64,000 nt of DNA from Podarcis bocagei (lineage: Eukaryota): NCBI GenBank assembly GCA_964188305.1, contig OZ076896.1. The stretch is one strand, 5' to 3'. The position numbers and the translations under genes were made by a program. Below, piece by piece: positions 48,443 to 59,995 of the stretch; position 1 is the first letter of the stretch; each line of letters begins with the position of its first letter. The notes beneath the pieces are model-generated. The model searched no databases. It was not told where the DNA came from and saw nothing but the letters and a program-made list of their open reading frames with translations.

Positions 48443-51400
48443 GGGAGGACCTAGCTAAAGAGGTCCTTACAGCAACAGCTGCAGCAGGAAGTGAGACAGT
48501 GCTGCAACACCCTCACACTGAACAGTCACATGGCACAGCAGTCGGAAGCTGCCTGACGAATAAGCTGACCACCATTTAGTCCATGATTAAGAGGAAAACT
48601 CCTCTCCCACACAGTGCAAAGTAACAAAGTGTTTATTGTCTCCAGACACAAGACACAGCTAAACACTACTATCTAGTATCTACTGTTCTTCTGGTCTTCG
48701 AAGTAAAGATCCATACGTGAAGACAGATCCACTAACACTGTCACCATGCTAGCTAATGTGGTAAAAACCACTCTCTCACAGATTCAGAGTCAGACCGTGT
48801 CAGCAAACACCACAGTGTCGGGACATAGACATGCAACAGGACTTAATGAAAGCAGTGCCCTAGAGACTATTATACCTGTCTCTACATTCTTGAACCAAGG
48901 AGAGGGTGAATAACTTGGCAAGCCATACATTCGACCTCTGCTCTGTTGCTATGGTGATCCAGTGCACCTACTATCTTATCTCTGAACATCCAGATGTGGG
49001 GGATGTGCTAACTCAAGACATGAGCCCAAGCACTGTGTGATTTAACCCCTTGTTCACCTGGGGCCTGGGGACACTTAAGACCAGGACTAGATCCTGGAGG
49101 CTGACCATAGAAATATAACTATTGCTCTCTTTTATTAAAAATGCACCATGTTCATAATGATTTTCTATCACTTTAGAAGCCCAATATTTTTCTACCTGAA
49201 CTAAAAACAAATTAAGGAATGAAATACAGCAGCAAGTGATGCCAATAGCATGAACAACCATCTTTTTGGGGAAAAAATGCACTATGCTTCATTGGGAGGG
49301 AAGCATTATATTTATCTATTAACCAGTGTCCTTGGCTATGACCATTTTCAAAAGATGGGCCTAATCTTGGTTGCATGTATTTGAATAAATCATGACATGA
49401 TCTGGAAACTTGGCAAGTACATCAATGATTTTATGTCTCGTATCACACACTGGCTGCATGTTTAGATGAGAAGATTTTCTCTCTTTACCTTGCCTCATTA
49501 GTTATTATGCGGCAAGGCATGCATTACCACGTGCATCCAGCCTGCAGTTCCCAAGACAGAGAGAAATCCAGAAATGCCATAAAATTCATGCATTCTTTGC
49601 TGTGCTACTTATTATCTCGTGGAAAGCTAGCAGGACAATTAGCTCTGCTGAAAAGTGCATCTATAAACTGACAGATATATTATCATTCTGCATATTAATA
49701 TTGCATGACGGTGGAACCATTAAAAAAACAATTAATAAAGCGGCAACCTTCATCAGTCACAAGCTCCGTATCAACCTGCAAATCATTAGAAGGAAACAAT
49801 GATTCCTTTGCCAAAGCCGTGTCCACAGATGCTTTTCAATTAGCCGACAGAAAAAGCAACCCTTTGCTAAAGAGTCATGTGGCTAAATCAATTACATGGG
49901 TTTGTGGAGTTTCTTTCTGGAACCAAGAGAGGCTGTCTAATAAAAAAGTTTGAAACTACCATATTTAATCACAGAAGCTAAATCTTAAATTGTGGTTCAA
50001 AAAGGTTGGGAAGGCCATATCCTATGCAGACTGTTTCCTGAGCATTTCTGAACAAAATGCAAACTGGTCAGTTACTATTCACCATGAAAACAAAGGCTGT
50101 GTACACACTCCCATTTAGTTTGCATCCAGTGACTTCCCACTGCTGGCTTGTGAAGCGGCATACGCACAATGCTAGACACAATCCATATCTAGCCTGTTTC
50201 TTAAGAAATACTGTGTTTCAATGCTTTTTTCTGCAAACCATTTTTGACTCAAATTGAGAAAAAGAATGACTTGGCTACATTTTAAGTCAGTAACGTATAC
50301 ACAGCAGTGGCGGGCTTTGGGCTTTAAATTTTCAGCTGTGCTGTGTGTGATACCAGCATTCGGCACACGCCTTCTGTTTGTCATTTTTGCTGCTCTCCCT
50401 GCAGCGCCCTAGCAGCTCAGCACCCAGGGCAGATAAACCAGTTGTTCCCCCCTATATCCACCACTGTACACAATGTGGAACCTCTGGAGCCAATTGAAAG
50501 TTATAGATGCTTCTGGGTATCCTATGTGGGAAACAAAATGCTCAACTAGATGAACATGGATCCTGATCTAGCAAAACCGTTCTTGTGCGGTTATTAATTT
50601 AACTATTGCATCCTTTCTCTGCCTCAACCCTTTTAATCCTGCATAAAGAACACTGGCATGTATGTAGATCGATTCAATGTATGTTTCCTTGGAAGTTAAG
50701 ACCCACTGCCTTCAATGAGACTTGTTCCCAAGTATGCATACCCAAGATACAGCTTACATTCCACATTGACTCTACGTTAGAAGGGAGGGAATTTAATTGT
50801 CCGTAGGTGCTTTGTTTTTGAAACATCATTATGTACTTGTACTCCCTGCAAGAACCTCACAATCACTGCCAAACACTTCATATAGGTAATTTAAATAGGA
50901 CAGTTTATAAATTATAGTCCAACCCCATACTTCTAGATCTTGTTAGAAATACTCCTATTAGGTACTAAACACAATTAGCTTTGTGGCACCTTGGCAAAGG
51001 GACCTTTAGAAAGTGAATCCCGTCAGGTTCTGCTTTCATATATGGATTATCTTAGCCTGCATTTTCTGCATTGCCTACCTAGATTATTTATTGTTATTAT
51101 TATATTATTATTATTCTATACCATCCTTCATCCAATCTTCACAGCGCAGTTTGTTTTATGAACAAGTCCTCTCTTTTCCATGAATTGGTTACGTATATTT
51201 TAAAATGGTATATTTTGTGATTTGAATTGGTCATATAAAGTACACGAGATTATTTCTGGTGTGTAGGGTTGCTATATTTCAAACAGCAACAATCTGGACA
51301 GAAAAGTTGTTGAACTTTTTTTGGCAGAGTTGTTGAGCTTTATTTATGGATTAAACGAATGTATGTGTTTAAAAATCTTTTAAAAGATTATTTGTGAGAA

Positions 51401-51843
51401 CACTACCTAATCAGAAATATGAAATGTGAGAGAGAAAGAGACAAAAAGGGAGAGACTAAGCTCTGAAATTCTATTTCTGTTCATTTCTTATAGGTTATTA
51501 TAATCACTACAATTTATTATAGCATGATCACAAAAGAGTGGAAGTGAATTTCTTTATAATTCAAATGCACATTCTTTCCTTCCTCCACCAGATATTACAC
51601 TCCTTGGCCTAATTACAGTTTCTCAGAAGCTGTAGAAAATGTAGCCCATTTCATTGCAATAAAAGAACAGTACTGTATTCAGGGTCATATCATTTCTTGC
51701 ACAAAATATATAAATGTGTACCAGTGATATGTTTGAGGGCAGTTCCTGGAATACCCTTGTTTGACCAAATTAGCCATGTGTGAGATTTATCCAACTTTCA
51801 ATATACCTCATAAAACCCTATGGATACTATTCTTTCACCTACT

Positions 51844-51948
51844 CATGGTCCCTTCCAACTCTACCATTCTATGATCTGATGAAATGGACTACGAGTGAAA
51901 GCTTCTACCAAAATCAATTTGTTAGTCTTTAAAGTGGCACAAGCCTCA
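51844..51948 (+). mobile_element. CR1-type tail abutting an old Penelope terminal fragment
   Basis: GGTCCCTTCCAACTCT..TTCTATGA, then CTGATGAA..GAAAGCT and TTGTTAGTCTTTAAAGTGGCACAAG. Confidence 0.55.
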
Positions 51949-52580
51949 GTTTAATATGTAAATATTTTTAAAATTTACATTCCAGAAAAAAACACAAGAC
52001 CACTAAGAAAGACGACAAAGCGTAATCTTCTACAGACTGAATGCCTAGCATCATCTGCATGGTTCTGACAATATCTCGATCTGCTAAATCTACTAAGAAA
52101 AAATCTCCCACCCTCATCAGTTCCCTCCCCTCTTGGAGATTCCATGACATTATCTCTCTTGGTCTTCACCTCTTTCCAACTGCATTTTCAGTGGCCCTGT
52201 CTCCTTCTCATGCCTGAAAATATTTGGTCCTCCCTCTTCTTTCCCCCAAATCTTTTCCCCCTCCTATTTTATCTTCTTCCCTTTATCAGAAAATAAGCAA
52301 ATGCATTTTAATACTTTGATTTAAAAATGCACACTGGTAAAATTGTGCTCTGTTACACAACTGCATGACCTTTCTATTGCTGATGATAGTATTAGTACAT
52401 ATTCACAAAGAGCAAGCTGTTTAACACTCACTGTTCCCAATTTCAAACCTTGATTTTTTTATTTATGTTTTAAAGGTGGGGAGACTAGCAATCTCGAAAT
52501 TAGAATTTTTAGCATTTTGCCAAGGATTCTTTGGGTGAAAGTCTAAAGTGTTAGCAATATTAAACTGATACACGCTTGTA

Positions 52581-52602
52581 GTGTGTGTGTGTGTGTGTGT
52601 GT
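52581..52602. repeat. (GT)11 microsatellite
   Basis: Direct inspection. Confidence 0.9.
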
Positions 52603-53908
52603 CAGAGTCTTAAAAGCAATGCATTTGCCTTGGTATTCCTCGAGTTAGTATCCCAGACGCTTGTTAAACTGTCATTACTTTGAATGAAGGCAAGCCAGTG
52701 GGTGTTATAAATACAATATACGAATGGTCTTCTATTCTGACTCTTTTCATGAAAGACTTCTTCTAACACTTACTGTAGCTGTTCTTGGTACAATTCCTGG
52801 AGGGTTTCCCCCTAAACCACTCAGTGGGAGTGCAGCTGTGTGTCTTGTGGCTCTAGTCTGTATATCGAAGGAGTTCTGGCATCTTTCCAGCATTTTCAAC
52901 ATTTATATAATACTTCACAGCAGGCATTCCTCTTTCATCTGCAAGTAAAGCATTTTCTTCTTCCTACCCTGTAAGATTATCTCCTGCAAGTAGTGACAGG
53001 CCTTGAATCTCTCTTCCTCATACCAGAGTCCGCGAGAGGATTTGTTTTGAAATCTTATTGTTGATTTCATTCTAACCAATCTCTGCTCTGGAAGCATGAA
53101 AGAAAAACGAAGGCCTTCTTTCCCAGGGTTGTTGAGCTAATCTATGTGGTTGATTAATAAAAGTGTTTCTCGTAGCAAAACACGGAATGTTGAGTTCAGT
53201 GGGTAAAAGGGAATCTAAATCTAGTTGGTTTCAGCCTCTGCTTTCAAAGTTCAATATACCCTGGAACTTAGGAAAGAGTTTGGGGAAACAGACTTTAAAA
53301 TATCGTATCTGAATTCATGGATTCAAAAATTGGAAAGATCCTAATCCATACTCTCCATACTGCTGATCAAAATTGCCACGTTCATTTTTGGGTTCCAATC
53401 TCTCATGGGAACCAGCAGATTCACAGGAGAGTACAAGACCAAAAAACGAGCGTTTTGTGGTCCTGAGCTCACACGGGAGCCAGCGAATTCACACTAGGGT
53501 ACCAGACCAGAAAACAGAACATTTCGGGATCCAATTGGGATCCATTTCAGGTGACTTCTGCAATTCCGGAATGTCCTCCCTAAAACAAGGTGGTTGAGGG
53601 GCATGCTAATCTCAACCACCATGAAAGGCTTAGAAGAGGAAGTGCTTGTCCAGAAGCTAGCAAAACAAAAACTTTATTCAGTAATGGCTAGCAGCCCCTG
53701 AACCTGGTGGGGAGGCCTATGGCCAAGGAGGTCACGTGTACTGGTTTTCTTCCCATCCACCTCCCTTGCAAAAATGTAGACACAAAAGTACTGGCGTTGT
53801 ACATGTAGTTAGTGCCTAAATAAACTGAAAAATGTCTAACCTTGGTCTAGGAGGGGTCCCTGCTGCCACAATTTCTACTGCGGGTTAATGTCAGAATAAC
53901 CATACGTC

Positions 53909-54701
53909 CAGTGCCAGATTTACGTATATGCTAAACAAGCTATAGCTCATGGCCCCACTCTGTTGGCGGGCCCCAAAAAATGTAAAGAAAAAAACCTCGA
54001 TGTACATTTCCAAAATATAAGATAAAAAACAAATAAAATGGCTTTAGATATCCATTAGGTCCATAAATTACCATATAGCATATATTCAACTTAAAAAGCA
54101 GAGACATCACCTTGCCAACAAAGGTCCGTATAGTTAAAGCCATTGTTTTCCCAGTAGTGATGTATGGAAGTGAGAGCTGGACCATAAAGAAGGCTGATCG
54201 CCAAAGAATTGATGCTTTTGAATTATGGTGCTGGAGGAGGCTCTTGAGAGTCCCATGGACTGCAAGAAGATCAAACCTATCCATTCTTAAGGAAATCAGC
54301 CCTGAGTGCTCACTGGAAGGACAGATCGTAAAGCTGAGGCTCCAATACTTTGGCCACCTCATGAGAAGAGAAGACTCCCTGGAAAAGACCCTGATGTTGG
54401 GAAAGATGGAGGGCAGAAGGAGAAGGGGACGACAGAGGACGAGATGGTTGGATAGCGTTCTCGAAGCTACGAACATGAGTTTGACCAAACTGCGGGAGGC
54501 AGTGGAAGACAGGAGTGCCTGGCGTGCTCTGGTCCATGGGGTCACGAAGAGTCGGACACGACTAAACGACTAAACAGCGACAACAATATATTCAACACAC
54601 AAAAAAGTGACAATTTGTTGTTGACAAAGGTCAGCTGGACATATAAAGGGCCTCATTACCTTCAATAGCTTAGGGCCTCATCAAACCTGAATCCGGTCCT
54701 G
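53909..54701. mobile_element. hAT MITE interrupted by Bov-B
   Basis: Ends CAGTGCCAGATT / AATCCGGTCCTG. Flanks CATACGTC/CATAACTC (6/8). Confidence 0.75.
54091..54585 (+). mobile_element. Bov-B (RTE) LINE 3' fragment
   Basis: Open frame PTKVRIVKAIVFPVVMYGSESW...RTRLND. 11-bp TSD ATATATTCAAC (54080-54090 / 54586-54596). Confidence 0.96.
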
Positions 54702-55189
54702 CATAACTCACTCAGAAGTCAGAAGTAAGCCCCACTAAGTTCCATGAGGATGACTCCCAGATAAGTCTTGAAGCCTGAATTGGCTAATCTTAAATGTGCC
54801 ACAAAATGAGCACAAAACATAGGCACCGATTTAGAGGGGATCCAAAATTTCGGGGTTACACATTAGTGAAGCTGACCAGAGGCAAAAGTGGGTGGAACAA
54901 TGAATGTGACTCTTCTACATTTCAGTTAGATGTTTCTACACTTGCGAGCACCTCTCCATCCAGGCATTGGCACAATTCAAGGACATGTCACAGCCAGGCA
55001 AAGTTATTTGACAGGTGTATGGAGTAGGTCTAGTGAAGGGGCACTGCCTAAGGAGACTCCCATGAGCTAAATACAGAGATTTGGGGAAATGCATTTTGCC
55101 CTAGCCTTGAGAATCCCCCACCTGACAGGCTGTGACCCACTAGGTGAAGACCAATGGATTGTATGATTGTGGAATGAGGAAGGAATGGA

Positions 55190-55520
55190 AAGGGCCTCGC
55201 CACCAAACAGCAGCTTCAAAATTCAATTCGCACACCTCAGGCTTTTCATAATTATCTGTGGCATTTCATAATTCCAAACAACATTTTCAACACAAATATG
55301 TGGCGATTATTATGAAAATGATTATGAGGTGATTATGAAAATGAATTGCGAGTACAAAAAAAATATTATACGCCAGAAATAGCATAGAAAAAATATTTTC
55401 AAATAACTTGTAAGAATAAAAAAGCCTCATTAAATAGTGCAAGAGTTATATAGACTCACACGCCTTCTTTGAAACTAATATGAAGAAACCATTATGAAGG
55501 TGTTATGTAGGAATGTATTA
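55190..55520. repeat. AT-rich imperfect palindrome, possibly an ancient conserved repeat (MER121-like)
   Basis: TTCATAAT repeated on the left arm and ATTATGA repeated on the right arm, flanked by TTCGCA / TGCGAG. Family assignment from recall only. Confidence 0.4.
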
Positions 55521-56460
55521 ACACCACTTGAGCCTAAACAGTCCATGCTGTAAAACTTCTCTTGGGCAGTTAATTAAAATCCACCCTTTTCAAAACTCAG
55601 AGGAATTTCAGTATTTTTCAGTCTCATGGGAAATATTAAGAAGGGGGAGGATGGAAAAAAAATCATAGAATGCCACAATACTTAACATTCAGAAAATGAG
55701 TCATTTTGAAATACTTTGCATGGACGATGGGATAAATATTCCAAGGTACTTGAAACCCTTTGGGGGAAATGTAAAAGGGCTTAGCCATGGTGTGAAATTG
55801 CTATTGGAGTGGTGAATACCAATTATTTGTGATTTACTGTAATTTACTTGCAAACCCAAGGGCTTACCCTAAAGCAGTTGATATATGTATTAAATGAAGC
55901 ATCAAGGGGTGGAGATGGGAAATGCACAGGAAGATAGCAACATCAGAGAGTCAAACAATTTTCTCATTTATCCAGCTGCTATATGGAATCAAGCATTAAC
56001 TATTTATTACTAAATGTCTAGGGTGGAAAAATAAGTTGGGGAGCAAATGTATATAGCATTTTTCTTTTATCCAGGAGACTTTACTTTGGCAACCATACTA
56101 GCAAATTAGTGCAAATAACTGAATGGGGAAAGATGCTATATAATGGCCAAAGGGAGGAAAGGGGGGGGGATGTCCAACTGCTCTCTGAACAGGAGCCAAA
56201 CAAAACATGACACAATACATCTATGAATAGCATCCAGTGTGGATTTTTAAACATTTGTGGTAACTCTTTAGTAGGGTAGGAATGAAGAGTCTCAATTTGG
56301 ATCAGGCCCTAGTTCTGGGTGCCTTAAGCCTTTCCCACTGCACTATTTCCCTAATTGGGGGGGGGGGGTATCTCCTTAATTTTGAATATAATTTGTTGTC
56401 AAGTTACTCCATCAAAACCTACAGAAGAAAAGAACAATTGGTCCAATAGCTGGTTACAGG

Positions 56461-56705
56461 CAGTGGTGTAGCGTTGGTTGCTGGTGCCTAGGGCGAGGGC
56501 ATGTACACACGGGGCACCATCCCAGCCCTCACTGCTGATGCTGACAGAGCAACTCCACCCCCACCAGAGCAAAGCGGGGACACACGGAACCGCCTGCCCA
56601 TCCACACAGGGGGAAGCCCAGCTGACCAGTGCAGCCCTTGGTTTGCACTCCCTTTAAAATGTGTGGCATGGCCACCCTAGCACACACCCCTACGCTACAC
56701 CCCTG
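56461..56705. mobile_element. hAT MITE
   Basis: TIRs CAGTGGTGTAGCGT / ACGCTACACCCCTG. Perfect 8-bp TSD GTTACAGG (56453-56460 / 56706-56713). Confidence 0.9.
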
Positions 56706-56843
56706 GTTACAGGTTTCATTAAAAAGTACTGAAATGATAGCCGAAAACTATAAGGTCCAGCAAGAAGGATGAAATGCTCCCTACTGGCTGATAGGATTGT
56801 GAGGTCGCTGCTCTGTTCTTTCTTTGCCCATCCCTAGCTCTAG

Positions 56844-57200
56844 CGCGGGTGGCGCTGTGGGTAAAAGCCTCAGCGCCTAGGGCTTGCCGATCGAAAGGTC
56901 GGCGGTTCGAATCCCCGCGGCGGGGTGCGCTCCCGCTTCTCGGTCCCAGCGCCTGCCAACCTAGCAGTTCGAAAGCACCCCTGGGTGCAAGTAGATAAAT
57001 AGGTACCGCTTACCAGCGGGAAGGTAAACGGCGTTCCGTGTGCTGCGCTGGCTCGCCAGATGCAGCTTTGTCACGCTGGCCACGTGACCCGGAAGTGTCT
57101 CCGGACAGCGCTGGCCCACGGCCTATAGAGTGAGATGGGCGCACAAACCCCAGAGTCTGTCAAGACTGGCCCGTTCGGGCAGGGGTACCTTTACCTTTAC
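56844..57200 (+). mobile_element. Sauria SINE, young copy
   Basis: Near-identical to the reverse complement of 27106-27470. TSD CCTAGCTCTAG (56833-56843 / 57200-57210). Confidence 0.97.
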
Positions 57201-57523
57201 CTAGCTCTAGAAAACAGAAAGGGGTCAGAGTGTTAGAGAACGGATGGCAGAAACTTGACCAAAAGGAGAGACCATGGGTGCCATGTAGTATGATGTCTTG
57301 TCTCCCATGTTTCAGGCAGGAGACCCCAGAGGAGCAAAGGAGATGGAAGAGCAGGGCGGTTGTTTTTGAACTGTAGCAATATGAAGGAACTGAGTATGCA
57401 TGCACATCCAACTGCCTAAGGCATCTGCAATCTCCCAGGAAAATTGTGCACGCCTAACAATTTTGCACCCCACAACCACTGGGGTGAGACAGAGGGATAA
57501 ACCCACTGTATCCAAACCATATA

Positions 57524-57842
57524 CAGTAGTGCCTCGCAAGACGAAAAGAATCCATTCTGTGAGTCTCTTCGTCTAGCGGTTTTTTCGAAGCAAGCCCATT
57601 GACGGATTAGCGCTATTAGCGCTATTAGCGGCTTTTAGCGGCTTGTCGGCTTAGCAGATAAGCGGATAAGCGGCTTAGAAAAAGGGGGGAGGGGAAAAAA
57701 CCCGCAGGAACTCGCAAGACATTTTCGTCTTGCGAAGCAAGCCCATAGGAGATTCGTTTTGCGAAGCACCTCCAAAACGGAAAACTCTTTTGTCTAGCGA
57801 GTTTTCCGTCTTGCGAGGCATTTGTCTTGCAGGGCACCACTG
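57524..57842. mobile_element. Tc1/mariner MITE (same termini as 21632-22283)
   Basis: TA-flanked. CAGTAGTGCCTCGCAAGACGA...TCTTGCAGGGCACCACTG. Confidence 0.88.
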
Positions 57843-57844
57843 TA

Positions 57845-58083
57845 CAGTGGTACCTCGGGTTACATACGCTTCAGGTTACATACGCTTCAGGTTACAGACT
57901 CCGCTAACCTAGAAATAGTACCTTGGGTTAACTTTGCTTCAGGATGAGAACAGAAATCGTGCAGCAGCGGCACGGCAGCAGCAGGAGGCCCCATTAGCTA
58001 AAGTGGTGCTTCAGGTTAAGAACAGTTTCAGGTTAAGAACAGACCTCCAGAACGAACTAAGTACGTAACCAGAGGTACCACTG
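57845..58083. mobile_element. Tc1/mariner MITE (46564 family)
   Basis: TA-flanked TIRs CAGTGGTACCTC / GAGGTACCACTG. Confidence 0.92.
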
Positions 58084-58413
58084 TATATCCTACATATAGC
58101 TATATAGGCATTGGGTACAACTATGTCAACCATTTGTCAACAAATGTCAACAGCACCCAACTAACATAGCAAGATGTATGGACAGCCTAAGGTAGAGGTA
58201 CTGTAAGGAGCATTGCTGGCCAACATGCAGCCTCGACTTATTAGCTATCCTGGATAACCTTCACAGAAAGTGTGCTGGAAACGGCTAGGTAATAATACAG
58301 TCACCTGTTCACAAATTTAAAAAGATATTGTGTTTACTCTTTATTGCCAAAATGCAAATGAGAAAACTGTTCATACAGTTGTTTTGCAAAGTCTAACAGA
58401 CATGATCTTTCAT

Positions 58414-58548
58414 ATTCAGGTAGGTAGCCATGGTGGTCTGACGCAGTAAAAATAAAAATAAAAATAATAAATTGTCCAGTAGCACCTTGTAGACCAACTA
58501 AGTTTTTTCTGGCATAAGCTTTTGTGTGCATGCACACTTCTTCAGATA
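58414..58548 (-). mobile_element. Penelope-like terminal repeat fragment with a mutated hammerhead-like motif
   Basis: Homologous to 16411-16637. The core reads CTGAAGAAGTGTGCATGCACACAAAAGCTTATGC (GAAA changed to AAAA). Confidence 0.75.
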
Positions 58549-58774
58549 TGATTATGATATTTCAGATTAAAAAAACCATTCAGACTCTGATGAATTAATA
58601 CAGATGACTGAAGTAATATTGCCCTGTTTGGGCACATTGCTCTAGGTGGGCTGGGAGCAGGAGGCTGTGTCAAGGGTAAGATGTCAAAGAGGAGGATGGC
58701 AGGGAAAGCTTTCTCCAAGCAGGAGGCAAACTATAGTTTCACTTAACTCCCCAAATGGAGCATCCCTCAGTATA

Positions 58775-59000
58775 CAGTGGTACCTCAGATTACATACGCT
58801 TCAGGTTACAGACACCGCTAACCCAGAAATAGTACCTCGGGTTAAGAACTTTGATTCAGGATGAGAACAGAAATCATGTTCCAGCGGCGCAGCAGCAGCA
58901 GGAGACCCCATTAGCTAAAGTGGTGCTTCAGGTTAAGAACAGTTTCAGGTTAAGAATGGACCTCCGGAACAAATTAAGTACTTAACTCAAGGTACCACTG
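58775..59000. mobile_element. Tc1/mariner MITE (46564 family)
   Basis: TA-flanked TIRs CAGTGGTACCT / AGGTACCACTG. Confidence 0.92.
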
Positions 59001-59594
59001 TAGACTAAAATGTTTGCAGATGAAAAATAAGGATATAGTGTACCTACACTCAAAACCAAGAGAGAGAAACTAATTATAATTTCTAGCTACCTTATTCCTA
59101 CTCCAGTAGTCATTTAAGGGCCACGAGAATGATGCATGTTTCAAGAAAAGGCTTAGAGGAAATCATCTAACTTCTGTTTCTTGGGCTGACTGCCTTCTCT
59201 CCCAGCTAACAAGTCCGAAATGTCAGTGAGCCCAACACCATCCTTAGATTCTATTAAGAAGTCTATCCCTCACTCTCACTTGATAGACAGCTTCTCAGGC
59301 CCAGCTGTCAAGTTTGCCAGATCACTTTTGTCACAGTCTATATTATGCTGATTCTGTTTTTCACGACACTAAGGGTGTGGGGAGAAGGAATATTATACAT
59401 TGTATTTAGCTCTCTGATTCAAACTGAAGTGTTAAATACTGGGCATAATACATCATTTTGCAGGATTAGATGCAAGAGACTTAGGAGAAATGTGCTTATT
59501 TCTGTTGTATTCATTGATGTGCTTATTCCGTTCTAGTGTTAGGCAAACAGTGCTTCTTAGAAACTGGTTTGCTTAATGTCTTACCTGACTTCAA

Positions 59595-59608
59595 CCACCA
59601 GGTGGCAC
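59595..59608 (+). promoter_or_regulatory. Candidate CTCF binding site
   Basis: CCACCAGGTGGCAC closely matches the CTCF core consensus and lies in apparently unique sequence. Confidence 0.45.
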
Positions 59609-59995
59609 TCAATACTAGTTAATACTGCATTTTCCAAATGAAAGTACAGTATTTAAAACGAAGAATGAACTTCTTTTAAGTGTATAGGTTCAAAAAGGAA
59701 CTAATTGCTTTGCAGAGAGTGGGGGGTGATAGGGGAATGAACTAAATACTGAGGTTGGTCTCTCCCCCACCAATATGAATGCAATGAAATCTGCCCCACC
59801 ACGGAAAAGGAGGCTCTGGAAAGGGCAAATGTCTCAAAGGTAAGTCACATTTGATGAGTCCTTGTAGCAAGAATTAAGGAAATGGAAAAGTCCCATGAGG
59901 AAGCCTCTAAAACTCACTAGATGGTTGTATCCTGACAATATTGCTAACAGTCATCACCCATGCATCAGTACCATCTCATGATGAGCCCTAACTTA

